From Candidatus Nitrospinota bacterium M3_3B_026 (GTDB taxonomy: Bacteria; Nitrospinota_A; UBA7883; JBPRGF01), in the NCBI GenBank assembly GCA_051418015.1, contig JBPRGF010000003.1, forward strand, positions 128,001 through 192,000: a stretch of 64,000 nucleotides of DNA. The letters run 5' to 3'. Of this stretch, positions 9,420 through 21,467 are shown piece by piece; the stretch's first letter is position 1, and every line of letters starts with the position of its first letter. The notes under the pieces are model-generated. The model saw nothing but the letters and a program-made list of their open reading frames with translations, made no database searches and was not told where the DNA came from. A program made the translations under genes and the position numbers.

Positions 9420-9477
9420 CCGCCTCGCCGCAAGCCAGCCGTTGAGGATTTGACAATCTCATATCGGAGGGGACGCC

Positions 9478-10071
9478 TTGCCCAGGGAAGGAAAGGGAAA
9501 AAAGGAGACCGGCGGCTCCCCCAGCGTGATCCTCACCTCCGTCAAGATGCGCCAGATAATAAAGCGGATGGCGCACGAGATCGTGGAGAGAAACAAGGAC
9601 CTGAACGATCTTGTCATCGTGGGGATAGTCACCCGCGGCGGCGTTCTGGCCCGGCGGATCGCGAAGGAATTGAAAAGAATCGCGAAAGTAGACGTCCCCG
9701 CCGGAGCGCTGGACCCCACCCTGTACAGGGACGATTTCAAGAGCAGGGGGGCCGTCCTGAAAGCGGGGGAGACGACGATCCCGGCGCCGGTGGAGGGAAA
9801 GACGGTTCTTTTGGTGGACGATGTGCTTTTCACCGGGCGCACGATAAACGCCGCCATAACCCATCTTTTCGATCTTGGCAGGCCCAGGGAGGTGCAACTG
9901 GCCGTGCTGATCGACCGGGGCCACCGCGAGCTTCCCATCCGGCCGGACTACTGCGGCAAGAACGTCCCCACCCAGTACGTGGAGAAGGTGCGCGTCCGCT
10001 TCAAGGAGAGCGACGGCAAGGACATCGTGTGGAGCGGCCTGGGCGGCCACGGCGGAAGCGGATCGAAATGA
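9478..10071 (+). CDS. pyrR: Bifunctional pyr operon regulator/uracil phosphoribosyltransferase
   Basis: RMAHEIVE, TLYRDD, LVDDVLFTGRT, DRGHRELPIRPDY; TTG start with GGAGG. Confidence 0.95.
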   Translation: MPREGKGKKETGGSPSVILTSVKMRQIIKRMAHEIVERNKDLNDLVIVGIVTRGGVLARRIAKELKRIAKVDVPAGALDPTLYRDDFKSRGAVLKAGETTIPAPVEGKTVLLVDDVLFTGRTINAAITHLFDLGRPREVQLAVLIDRGHRELPIRPDYCGKNVPTQYVEKVRVRFKESDGKDIVWSGLGGHGGSGSK

Positions 10072-11030
10072 CCGGCGCCGCCGAAAAGGGCCTGGCCGGG
10101 CGCGGAATCCTGTCCATGGAGGACCTGTCCGCCGGGGATATAGGGGCCATCCTGGAGACCGCCGCGGCCATGAGGCAGATATCGGAGCGCGACGTCAAGA
10201 AGACGCCCACCCTGCGGGGCCGGACGGTCATAAACCTTTTCCTGGAGCCCTCCACCAGGACGCGGACGAGCTTCGAGATCGCCGGGAAACGACTCTCCGC
10301 CGACGTGATAAACATATCCGGCGCGGGCTCTTCGGTATCCAAGGGCGAGTCGCTGAAAGACATGGCCGCCACGCTCACGTCCATGAGGCCGGACCTGCTG
10401 GTGATAAGAAGCCCCTTCGCCGGGGCGCCCGCCATGGCGGCGGAGTGGACGGGCCTGCCGGTGGTCAACGCGGGGGACGGAAGAAGCGAGCACCCCACCC
10501 AGAGCCTGCTCGACCTGATGACCATAAAAGAACGCAAGGGAGGGCTCGACGGGCTGGCGGTCTCGATCGTGGGGGACATAGCCAACAGCCGCGTGGCCCG
10601 CTCTAACATGATCGCCATGAAGAAGATGGGGATGACCGTCACCATCTGCGGCCCGGCGACGCTGCTGCCGCCGGACGCCGAAAAGATGGCGGACAGGGTA
10701 ACCACGAGCCTTGCCGAGGCGGCGCGTGGCGCGGACGTCATCATGGCCCTTCGCATACAAAAGGAGAGGCTCGCCGGAACGGAGTTCCCCTCCCTGCGGG
10801 AATACGCGAGGCTTTTCCTCCTGACGCCCGAAGTCCTGGGATTGGCGAAAAAGGACGCCATCATCATGCACCCGGGGCCGATCAACCGGGGGGTGGAGAT
10901 ATCCCCGGAGGCCGCCGACGGGCCCTGGTCGGTCATCCTCGGCCAGGTGACCAACGGCGTGGCCGTCCGCATGGCGGTTCTATACCTGCTGCTCGGCGGC
11001 GCCATCGGCTTGGAGGGGGGGAGGGAATGA
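10068..11030 (+). CDS. pyrB: Aspartate carbamoyltransferase catalytic subunit
   Basis: EPSTRTRTSF, EHPTQ, MHPGPINRG; ATGA overlap with pyrR. Confidence 0.96.
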   Translation: MTGAAEKGLAGRGILSMEDLSAGDIGAILETAAAMRQISERDVKKTPTLRGRTVINLFLEPSTRTRTSFEIAGKRLSADVINISGAGSSVSKGESLKDMAATLTSMRPDLLVIRSPFAGAPAMAAEWTGLPVVNAGDGRSEHPTQSLLDLMTIKERKGGLDGLAVSIVGDIANSRVARSNMIAMKKMGMTVTICGPATLLPPDAEKMADRVTTSLAEAARGADVIMALRIQKERLAGTEFPSLREYARLFLLTPEVLGLAKKDAIIMHPGPINRGVEISPEAADGPWSVILGQVTNGVAVRMAVLYLLLGGAIGLEGGRE

Positions 11031-11042
11031 GGTTTTCAGACA

Positions 11043-11153
11043 CCCTCCTTTACAAGGAGGGGCGGCGGCGAAGCCGCCGGGAAGGTGATTCTTGCTTAGT
11101 ACTTCCGGTTACCCCCTCGGCCCTTCGGGCCACTCCCCCTTATAAAGGAGGAG
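11043..11153. repeat. ACCCC-type REP-like inverted pair between pyrB and pyrC
   Basis: Arms 11043-11086 and 11111-11153, each a TTCG-loop hairpin plus a CCTT..AAGG hairpin; 24-nt spacer. Confidence 0.7.
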
Positions 11154-11212
11154 AAAGTGAAGAAGGAAAAACGCGCAAGAGGCGCCGACCCCGGAAAGGC
11201 CATTTTTAACCG

Positions 11213-12505
11213 ATGAGCGATCTGCTGATTAAAAACGGACGGGTGATCGACCCGGCCAACGGCATCGACGGCGTGATGGACGTTCTCATCGAAAAGGGCA
11301 GGATCGCCGTGGTGGACAAGGACATTCCGGCGGAAGACCGCAAGGTGATAGACGCCTCGGGCAAGTGGGTGACGCCGGGGCTTGTCGACATCCACGTCCA
11401 CCTGCGCGAGCCGGGACAGGAGCATAAGGAGACGATCGAGACCGGAACACGCGCCGCCGCGGCGGCGGGGTTCACCTCCATCGCCTGCATGGCCAACACG
11501 GATCCGGTGAACGACAACGCCTCGGTGACGGACTACATCCTGGAGACCGCCAGGGCGAAGGGGGCCGTCAACGTCCATGTCATAGGCGCGGTGACACAAG
11601 GGCTTGCCGGCGAGCGGTTGGCCGACATCGGCGAGATGGCCGAACGGGGCGCGGTGGCCGTATCCGACGACGGGCGGGCCGTCATGAACGGTTACGTGTT
11701 GAGGCGCGCCATGGAGTACGCCTCCATGTTCGGGCTCGTGGTGATAGAGCACGCCGAGGACCACGCCCTCGCCGCCGGGGGGGTGATGAACGAGGGGGAG
11801 GTCTCCGCGAGGCTGGGTCTGCGGGGCAGGCCCGCGGCGGCGGAGGATATCATCGTGGCCCGGGACGCCGCCGTCGCGGAGTACCTGGGCGCGCCCATAC
11901 ACATTGCCCACGTCTCCACCGCCGGGGCCGTACAGATCATACGAGGGGCGAAGGAGCGCGGCGTCCAGATCACCGCCGAGGCGGCGCCGCATCATTTCAC
12001 CCTGACCGACGAAGCCTGCCTGGGGTATGACACGATGGCGAAGGTGGCGCCGCCGCTGCGGACGGCCGAGGACGTGGAGGCGATCCGGGCGGGGCTGGCC
12101 GACGGGACGATCGACCTCATCGCCACCGACCACGCCCCCCACAACGTGGCCGACAAAGAGACGGAGTTCGACAATGCCGCGTTCGGCATATCCGGGCTGG
12201 AGACGGCGCTTGCCCTGTCGCTCGCTCTTGTCCGGGACGGGACGCTCACGCCGTCCGCCCTCATCGAGGCGATGACGGTGAAACCGGCTGGTATCATCGG
12301 GATCGACCGGGGTTCGCTTTCGCCGGGGGCGGCGGCGGATATAACGATCATGGACCCGGAGGCCGAATGGGTGGTCGATCCCGCGAAATTTTTCTCCAGG
12401 GGCAAAAACACTCCCTTCGCCGGGCGCGCGGTGAAAGGCAGGGCGGCTATGACCATCGTCAAAGGAAAGGTGGTCCACGAAATCAAGGGTGAAAAACGTG
12501 GCTGA
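11213..12505 (+). CDS. pyrC: Dihydroorotase
   Basis: [25 protein letters not shown]. Confidence 0.95.
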   Translation: MSDLLIKNGRVIDPANGIDGVMDVLIEKGRIAVVDKDIPAEDRKVIDASGKWVTPGLVDIHVHLREPGQEHKETIETGTRAAAAAGFTSIACMANTDPVNDNASVTDYILETARAKGAVNVHVIGAVTQGLAGERLADIGEMAERGAVAVSDDGRAVMNGYVLRRAMEYASMFGLVVIEHAEDHALAAGGVMNEGEVSARLGLRGRPAAAEDIIVARDAAVAEYLGAPIHIAHVSTAGAVQIIRGAKERGVQITAEAAPHHFTLTDEACLGYDTMAKVAPPLRTAEDVEAIRAGLADGTIDLIATDHAPHNVADKETEFDNAAFGISGLETALALSLALVRDGTLTPSALIEAMTVKPAGIIGIDRGSLSPGAAADITIMDPEAEWVVDPAKFFSRGKNTPFAGRAVKGRAAMTIVKGKVVHEIKGEKRG

Positions 12506-13610
12506 CGCGTATCTTGTCCTGAAAGACGGCCGCGTGTTCCGCGGGGAGCCGCTCGGCGCCGTCGGGGAGACGGAGGGCGAGATCGTCTTCAACACCTCCA
12601 TGACCGGCTACCAGGAGATCCTCACCGACCCGTCCTACGAGGGGCAGATCGTCACCATGACGTATCCGCTGATCGGCAACTACGGCGTGAACGCCGAGGA
12701 CGACGAGTCCCGCCGAATCTTCGCCGAGGGGTTCATCGTAAAGGAGGAGAGCGCCATAGCCTCCAGCTGGCGGAGCGGCGGCTCGCTGGGCGATTACCTG
12801 CGCGAGCGCGGCGTGGTGGGGATACAGGGGATCGACACCCGCGCGCTGACAAAGCACATCCGCGAGCATGGCGCCATGCCGGGGATCATAAGCTCCGTGG
12901 AGCGCGCGGACGTAGGCGAGCTTGCCGAGCGAGCCTCGAAACTTTCCGGGACGGAAGGGATCGACCTCGTCTCGAAGGTGACCTGCCAGGGGCCTTACGA
13001 GTGGAACGAGGGGTTGTGGGAGCTTGGCGAAGGTTTCCAGGCTCGCGAAGGGCGGCATCGCGTCGTGGCGGTCGACCTGGGGATCAAGCGCAATATCCTG
13101 CGAAACCTCGTGGACGCGGGGCTTGAAGTCACCGTTGTCCCGGCGGACGCTTCGGCGGAGGAGATTTTAGGGCGCGATCCCGATGGCGTTTTTTTGAGCA
13201 ACGGGCCGGGCGACCCCGCGGCGGCGCCATACGCGGCGCGGACCGTGGCCGCGCTGATCGGGAAAAAACCGATATTCGGCATCTGTCTTGGCCACCAGAT
13301 ACTGGCGCTGGCATTGGGCGCGAAGACGTACAAGTTGAAATTCGGCCATCACGGCGGCAACCAGCCTGTCATGGACCTTGAGACGGGCAAGGTGGAGATC
13401 ACCGCGCAGAACCACAACTACGCCGTGGACGAAGCCAGCCTGCCCGGCGGCGTCGAGCTTACACACGTTAACCTGAACGACCGCACGGTCGAGGGGATAA
13501 AAAGCGATGAGAAGCGGTTGTTCTCCATTCAGTATCACCCCGAAGCCGCCCCCGGGCCTCATGATTCCGCGTATTTGTTCAGGAGATTCGCGGAGATGAT
13601 GGAGGGGTGA
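12498..13610 (+). CDS. carA: Carbamoyl-phosphate synthase small subunit (start 12498 or 12489)
   Basis: [30 protein letters not shown]. Confidence 0.97.
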   Translation: MADAYLVLKDGRVFRGEPLGAVGETEGEIVFNTSMTGYQEILTDPSYEGQIVTMTYPLIGNYGVNAEDDESRRIFAEGFIVKEESAIASSWRSGGSLGDYLRERGVVGIQGIDTRALTKHIREHGAMPGIISSVERADVGELAERASKLSGTEGIDLVSKVTCQGPYEWNEGLWELGEGFQAREGRHRVVAVDLGIKRNILRNLVDAGLEVTVVPADASAEEILGRDPDGVFLSNGPGDPAAAPYAARTVAALIGKKPIFGICLGHQILALALGAKTYKLKFGHHGGNQPVMDLETGKVEITAQNHNYAVDEASLPGGVELTHVNLNDRTVEGIKSDEKRLFSIQYHPEAAPGPHDSAYLFRRFAEMMEG

Positions 13611-13612
13611 GG
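13563..13612 (+). repeat. Left copy of a 50-bp direct repeat (carA 3' end)
   Basis: 45/50 identical to 14149-14198 by manual alignment. Confidence 0.9.
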
Positions 13613-13617
13613 GGTCG

Positions 13618-13902
13618 ATGTCTAACAAACTTGTTTTCCGCGCTCACGCCGTCTGGCGAATGTCGCAACGAGGTATAAGTGGGCAAGACGTAAGAGAAGC
13701 GCTTGAAAAGGGTGAAACGATAGAAAGCTACCCGGACGACAGCCCTTATCCCAGCCGTCTTGTTCTGGGTTGGATAGGGCATCGCCCGGTTCACGTCGCG
13801 GTGGCGGATAACATGGAAGAAGATGAGATAATCGTAATTACGGCGTATGAGCCGGACGCGGAGCGATGGGAGGAGGGTTTTTCGAGGAGGAAAAAGTCAT
13901 GA
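13618..13902 (+). CDS. DUF4258 family putative toxin
   Basis: HAVWRMSQRGIS, IESYPDDSPYPSRLVLG, RPVHV, VITAYEPD. Confidence 0.85.
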   Translation: MSNKLVFRAHAVWRMSQRGISGQDVREALEKGETIESYPDDSPYPSRLVLGWIGHRPVHVAVADNMEEDEIIVITAYEPDAERWEEGFSRRKKS

Positions 13903-14126
13903 AGTGCGTAATTTGCAAAAGCGGGGAGACAAGGGCGGGCCGGACCACGGTAACCCTCGAGCGCGGCGCCATGACGCTGGTTGTTAAGGGCGTTCCGGCG
14001 AAGGTGTGCGAAAACTGCGGCGAGGACTATTTGGACGAAGAAACCGTAAAAGACCTGGAGGCCATAGCCGACGAAGCCGCCAAGACGGGAGTCCAGGTTG
14101 AAGTCCGCCAGTACGCCGCCGCGTGA
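13899..14126 (+). CDS. YgiT-type zinc finger / MqsA-like putative antitoxin
   Basis: MKCVIC...VPAKVCENCGEDY; ATGA overlap with the DUF4258 gene. Confidence 0.85.
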   Translation: MKCVICKSGETRAGRTTVTLERGAMTLVVKGVPAKVCENCGEDYLDEETVKDLEAIADEAAKTGVQVEVRQYAAA

Positions 14127-14148
14127 TGACGCCGCCTCCGGTTTGAGC

Positions 14149-14198
14149 GACTCCGCGTATTCGTTCAGGAGATTCGCCGGGATGATGGAGAGGTGAGG
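14149..14198 (+). repeat. Right copy of the carA 3'-end repeat (gene remnant)
   Basis: Encodes DSAYSFRRFAGMMER* versus [15 protein letters not shown] in carA. Confidence 0.9.
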
Positions 14199-14256
14199 AC
14201 AGTCAGGCGATGATATCCTATCCGAGGCATTGCGGGGAAAAAGTTGAGCGTTATAT

Positions 14257-14345
14257 TTTTACACCCTCCCCTTTATCCCCTCCCGTCAAGGGAGGGGATG
14301 CTGGATATCCTTCCCCTTGACGGGGGAGGACTGAGGTGGGGGTGA
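14257..14345. repeat. REP-like doublet: unit A (14257-14298) plus inverted unit B (14308-14345)
   Basis: A=TTTTACACCCTCCCCTTTATCCCCTCCCGTCAAGGGAGGGGA; reverse complement of B=TCACCCCCACCTCAGTCCTCCCCCGTCAAGGGGAAGGA. Confidence 0.9.
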
Positions 14346-14346
14346 T

Positions 14347-14694
14347 ATGAAAAACATTCTAAAGAAGTTCGCCCGCGACCTCAGAAAGGAGCCGACAGAG
14401 GCCGAAAGGCGGCTTTGGCGGCGCCTGCGGATGAAACAAATGGATGGAGTGAAGTTCAGAAGACAGCACCCGATCGGGAAATATATCGTGGATTTCATTT
14501 GCCTTGAGAAAAGGCTGATCGTGGAAATCGACGGCGGCCAGCATGGGAAAGAGCGGGGAAGAGAGGACGATAAAATCCGCGATGAATGGTTTTCACTTCG
14601 TGGCTATAAAGTTTTGAGGTTCTGGAACAACGAGGTCATGAAAAATACCGAGGGTGTCTTGGAGACTATCTATAAAGCATGCATGGAAAGATGA
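14347..14694 (+). CDS. DUF559 (Vsr-like PD-(D/E)xK) endonuclease domain protein
   Basis: ARDLRKEPTEAERRLW, KFRRQHPIGKYIVDF, IVEIDGGQH, RDEW..GYKVLRFWN. Confidence 0.92.
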   Translation: MKNILKKFARDLRKEPTEAERRLWRRLRMKQMDGVKFRRQHPIGKYIVDFICLEKRLIVEIDGGQHGKERGREDDKIRDEWFSLRGYKVLRFWNNEVMKNTEGVLETIYKACMER

Positions 14695-14708
14695 GTTTGA
14701 GCTTTAAA

Positions 14709-14830
14709 TTTTACACCCTCCCCTTTATCCCCTCCCGTCAAGGGAGGGGAAAAAAGAGTCCTCCCCCTTGCTGGCGGCTTTTATCCCTTACCCCCTCCCC
14801 CTTGAAGGGGGAGGACTGAGGTGGGGGTGA
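14709..14830. repeat. Second REP-like doublet: unit A (14709-14750), degenerate B, unit B (14794-14830)
   Basis: 42-bp A copy identical to 14257-14298; B ends GGGGGAGGACTGAGGTGGGGGTGA as in the first copy. Confidence 0.9.
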
Positions 14831-14843
14831 AGAGGAGGAACTG

Positions 14844-15761
14844 ATGGCGATACCGGATTTTCAAACGTTTCTCTTGCCGTTTCTTCGGTTCGCTTCCGAT
14901 GGTAAGGAGCACACCATGCAGGAGGCGCGGGACGCTCTCGCCAAAGAGTGTAAACTTTCCGAGGCGGATTTGGCGGAGCTTGTTCCAAGTGGTAGACAGA
15001 CCAAGTTCGCCAACCGCGTGGCGTGGTCGAAGGTTTATCTAGGCAGAGCCGGGTTGCTGGACTCGCCTAAGAGGGGCGTTTTCCTGATTTCTGAACGAGG
15101 CAGAAATGTTCTGGAAAAGAAACCGGAACGCATCGACATTAAGTTTCTTATGCAGTTCCCGGAATACCAAAAATTTCGAGAAGCCGGCAAAGAAACGAAA
15201 CCAAAAAAAGTGACCACGGCTCCCGCAGAGCCGGAATCAACCACGCCCGAAGAGACGCTGGAGCAGGCTTACGAGCAGCTACATGAAAAAGTCGCAAATG
15301 AATTGTTAGAGCAAGTGAAAAATTGTTCGCCTTATTTCTTCGAAAAGCTCGTCGTGAACCTTCTTTTGAACATGGGCTACGGCGGATCACGCGAAGACGC
15401 GGGAAGGGCGATAGGGAAAACCGGTGACGAGGGGATAGACGGGATCATCAACGAAGACAAGTTGGGTCTGGACGTTATCTACATACAGGCCAAGCGGTGG
15501 AACGACGCAGTTGTGGGCCGCCGGGAGATCCAACAGTTCGTCGGGGCGTTGAGCGGCAAACAGGCTAAAAAGGGGATTTTCATAACGACATCCGGTTTCT
15601 CGAAAGGGGCCAGGGATTACGCCGAGAAGGTGGACAGCAAAGTTATTTTAATCGACGGGGAACATCTGGCGTCACTGATGATAGATCACAACGTAGGCGT
15701 CTCCACGGTGGACTCATACGAAATAAAGAAAATAGATTCCGACTACTTTTTTGAAGAATAA
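14844..15761 (+). CDS. mrr: Mrr type IV restriction endonuclease
   Basis: MAIPDFQ Mrr_N domain, FFEKLVVNLL, GDEGIDGII, IYIQAKRW, GIFITTS. Confidence 0.93.
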   Translation: MAIPDFQTFLLPFLRFASDGKEHTMQEARDALAKECKLSEADLAELVPSGRQTKFANRVAWSKVYLGRAGLLDSPKRGVFLISERGRNVLEKKPERIDIKFLMQFPEYQKFREAGKETKPKKVTTAPAEPESTTPEETLEQAYEQLHEKVANELLEQVKNCSPYFFEKLVVNLLLNMGYGGSREDAGRAIGKTGDEGIDGIINEDKLGLDVIYIQAKRWNDAVVGRREIQQFVGALSGKQAKKGIFITTSGFSKGARDYAEKVDSKVILIDGEHLASLMIDHNVGVSTVDSYEIKKIDSDYFFEE

Positions 15762-15816
15762 CAGGATGTTAGAGAACGCTTTTAATTTTCTTCTTTGCAG
15801 GATGGATTTTCAATTA

Positions 15817-15911
15817 TCCCCCCCTGGAGGGAGGGGACAAAGGGGAGGGGGTAAAATCAAGATCATATATTGGACCCCTCACCCCGGCCCTCTCCCTCAA
15901 GGGGAGAGGGA
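15817..15911. repeat. REP-like inverted pair between mrr and carB
   Basis: 15817-15852 is an inverted A-like unit; 15874-15911 is ACCCCTCACCCCGGCCCTCTCCCTCAAGGGGAGAGGGA; 21-nt spacer. Confidence 0.85.
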
Positions 15912-15943
15912 GCTTTATCCCATAACGTGATATACAACCCAAA

Positions 15944-19177
<3,234 letters not shown>

Positions 19178-19207
19178 AAACCCAGCCCGATTTCAGAGGT
19201 TGAGAAC

Positions 19208-20689
19208 GTGAGACAAACGGCTTCAGCATTCGTTCTGGCGCTCCTTTGCGCCCTGACGCTGGCCCCCGCGTTCGCCGCCGCGCCGCCGTGGCTTGGAGAA
19301 AGCTACGGCGAGACGGTCTCCGAGGAGTGGATGAACGTTATGCTCGGCGGGCGCAAGATAGGCTTCTCCCACCGCAAGGTGGAAAAAGGCGATGACGGCT
19401 ACCGCGTCACCGGCCGGGCGCTGATCCGCCTCTCCCTGATGGGCGTGACTCAGGACCTTTCGTTCTCCCAGTCCTACTACCTCGACGAGAACAAGGAGGT
19501 CTTAGGCTTCATCTCCCTCAAAAAAATCCAGAGCCAGCGGATGCGGACGGTGGGGACGGTGAAGGACGGCGCCGTGGAGCTGGAGATCACCGGGGCGGGG
19601 GGAACGTCGAAGACCAGCGCGGCGCTGGCCCCCGGGACGATGTTCCTCGAGACGCTTCCTTTCCAGATCGCCTCCGAGCTGCGCGTGGGGATGAAAAAGA
19701 CCGTCCCCGTCTTCATCATCGAGCTTCGCGCCATGGACAACCTGACTATCAGCGTGCTGGACAAAAAGAAGATGGAGCTTGACGGGAAGATGGCGCCTGT
19801 CTTCGTGGTCGAGCATACCATCCAGGGTCTGTCCAGCGTAAGCTACATGACGCCGGAAGGGATAACCGTCCGGGAGGAGGAGCCGCTGATGGGGATAACA
19901 TCGGTGAGAGTCCCGGAGGGCGAGGCGCTCTCCTTCCCCGATGGGGCAGTGCCCGTGACGAGCCTCATCACCTTCAGCCTGATAAAGCCTTCGGGGCCCG
20001 TCCCGCCCGCGCCCGGCTCGCTCAAGGAGATGCGGATGGTGATCGGCGGGGTGGACGATCCGGCCTCCATCCCCTCGGACGCAAGGCAGATGAGGCTCGA
20101 GGCGGAATGGAAAACCGGCCCGGACGGAAAACGGACCGCCAGCGTCCCCGTCGTGACCTTCAAGGCGGCGCCATCTCAAAAAGTCTCCATCGCCGGGGCG
20201 TCGCGGGCGGAGCCGGAGTTTTTAAAACCCACCCCCGAGGCGCAGTCGGACAACGAGATGATAAAGGCAAAGGCCCGCGATATCGTAGGAGATGAAAAGG
20301 ACGCCTGGGCCGCCGCCAGGCTCATCAATCGCTGGGTCCACGAAAACGTGGAGAAGAAGCTGGCGGACTCCTTCACCGCCGTGGATGTCCTGAACTCCAT
20401 GGAGGGCGAATGCCAGAGCCACACGAACCTTTTCATTGCGCTGGCCCGGAGCATTGGGATACCAGCGAGGGCGGCCTCGGGGGTGGTATATTCAAAAGAG
20501 AACGAGGGGTTCCTGTACCACGCCTGGCCGGAAGTTTTCGTCGGCGAGTGGGTGGCGATGGACCCCACCCTGGGCCAGGAGGTGGCCGGCGTAACGCACA
20601 TAAAGCTTGCCGAAGGGGGGCTTGAAAGCCAGGTGAAGCTGGTACGGTTCCTGGGCAGGATATCCATATCCATAAAATCTTACGAGTAA
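19208..20689 (+). CDS. Secreted transglutaminase-like (Cys-His-Asp) domain protein
   Basis: Signal peptide; GECQSH, RSIGIPAR, YHAWPEV, WVAMDPT. Confidence 0.85.
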   Translation: MRQTASAFVLALLCALTLAPAFAAAPPWLGESYGETVSEEWMNVMLGGRKIGFSHRKVEKGDDGYRVTGRALIRLSLMGVTQDLSFSQSYYLDENKEVLGFISLKKIQSQRMRTVGTVKDGAVELEITGAGGTSKTSAALAPGTMFLETLPFQIASELRVGMKKTVPVFIIELRAMDNLTISVLDKKKMELDGKMAPVFVVEHTIQGLSSVSYMTPEGITVREEEPLMGITSVRVPEGEALSFPDGAVPVTSLITFSLIKPSGPVPPAPGSLKEMRMVIGGVDDPASIPSDARQMRLEAEWKTGPDGKRTASVPVVTFKAAPSQKVSIAGASRAEPEFLKPTPEAQSDNEMIKAKARDIVGDEKDAWAAARLINRWVHENVEKKLADSFTAVDVLNSMEGECQSHTNLFIALARSIGIPARAASGVVYSKENEGFLYHAWPEVFVGEWVAMDPTLGQEVAGVTHIKLAEGGLESQVKLVRFLGRISISIKSYE

Positions 20690-20695
20690 CGCCCG

Positions 20696-21466
20696 ATGAA
20701 CTGCATAGTGAGGGTGAACAAGACGCTGGCGCCGGACTTTTTCTACCTGTCGCTGGAGCCGGTCCAGCCGATGAAGGACATAAGGCCGGGCCAGTTCGTC
20801 ATGGTCCGCTGCTCGAGTTCCACCGACCCTTTTCTGCGAAGGCCGATGAGCATAGCCGACTTCAACCCCGACGGCTCGCGGTTCGGCCTGGTGATAAGGA
20901 TGACCGGGCGCGGCACCCACATGCTCTCAACCCTCGTGCCGTGGGACCACGTGGACGTCCTGGGACCCTTCGGCAACGGGTTTACGATACCGGACGGGGC
21001 GAAGTCCGCCTGGATCGTCGTCGGCGGCTCCGGCGTGGCGCCCTTCCTGGGGCTTCTGGAGAACGCCCCGGAGGGGGAGGCCTATTACACCGTCTTCATG
21101 GGAGCGGCCGACCGGGAGCGGCTCTTCTTCGGCGACGCTTTCGAGGAGGAGGGGGCGCGGGTGATAAAGGCCACCGAGGACGGCTCGGAGGGTTTCAGGG
21201 GCATGGTCACCGGCCCCCTGCTGGAGAAGCTCGAGGAGGGGGAGCGGCCGGACGTCATCCTCTCCTGCGGCCCGGCGCCGATGATGAGGGCCGTGGCGGA
21301 GATCGCCCGGGAGCGGGGCATACCCCTCTTCGTCTCCATGGAGAACAGGATGGCCTGCGGGTTCGGCGCCTGCCTGGGATGCGTGGCGAAGACCAGGGAC
21401 GGGGATGGCTACGTGACCGTCTGCAGGCGCGGGCCGGTTTTCGACGCGGCTGACGTGGAGATTTGA
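20696..21466 (+). CDS. pyrK: Dihydroorotate dehydrogenase electron transfer subunit
   Basis: LRRPMSI, GPFGNGF, MACGFGACLGC..C 2Fe-2S motif. Confidence 0.92.
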   Translation: MNCIVRVNKTLAPDFFYLSLEPVQPMKDIRPGQFVMVRCSSSTDPFLRRPMSIADFNPDGSRFGLVIRMTGRGTHMLSTLVPWDHVDVLGPFGNGFTIPDGAKSAWIVVGGSGVAPFLGLLENAPEGEAYYTVFMGAADRERLFFGDAFEEEGARVIKATEDGSEGFRGMVTGPLLEKLEEGERPDVILSCGPAPMMRAVAEIARERGIPLFVSMENRMACGFGACLGCVAKTRDGDGYVTVCRRGPVFDAADVEI

Positions 21467-21467
21467 C

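Noticed and set aside
9450..10067. Apparent 206-aa N-terminal extension of PyrB
   Set aside because: It is an alternative frame over pyrR; the real pyrB start is the ATGA overlap at 10068.
14257..15911. CRISPR array or classical integron
   Set aside because: The repeats are in mixed orientation with gene-sized or irregular spacing, and there are no cas genes, no integrase and no recognisable attC pattern.
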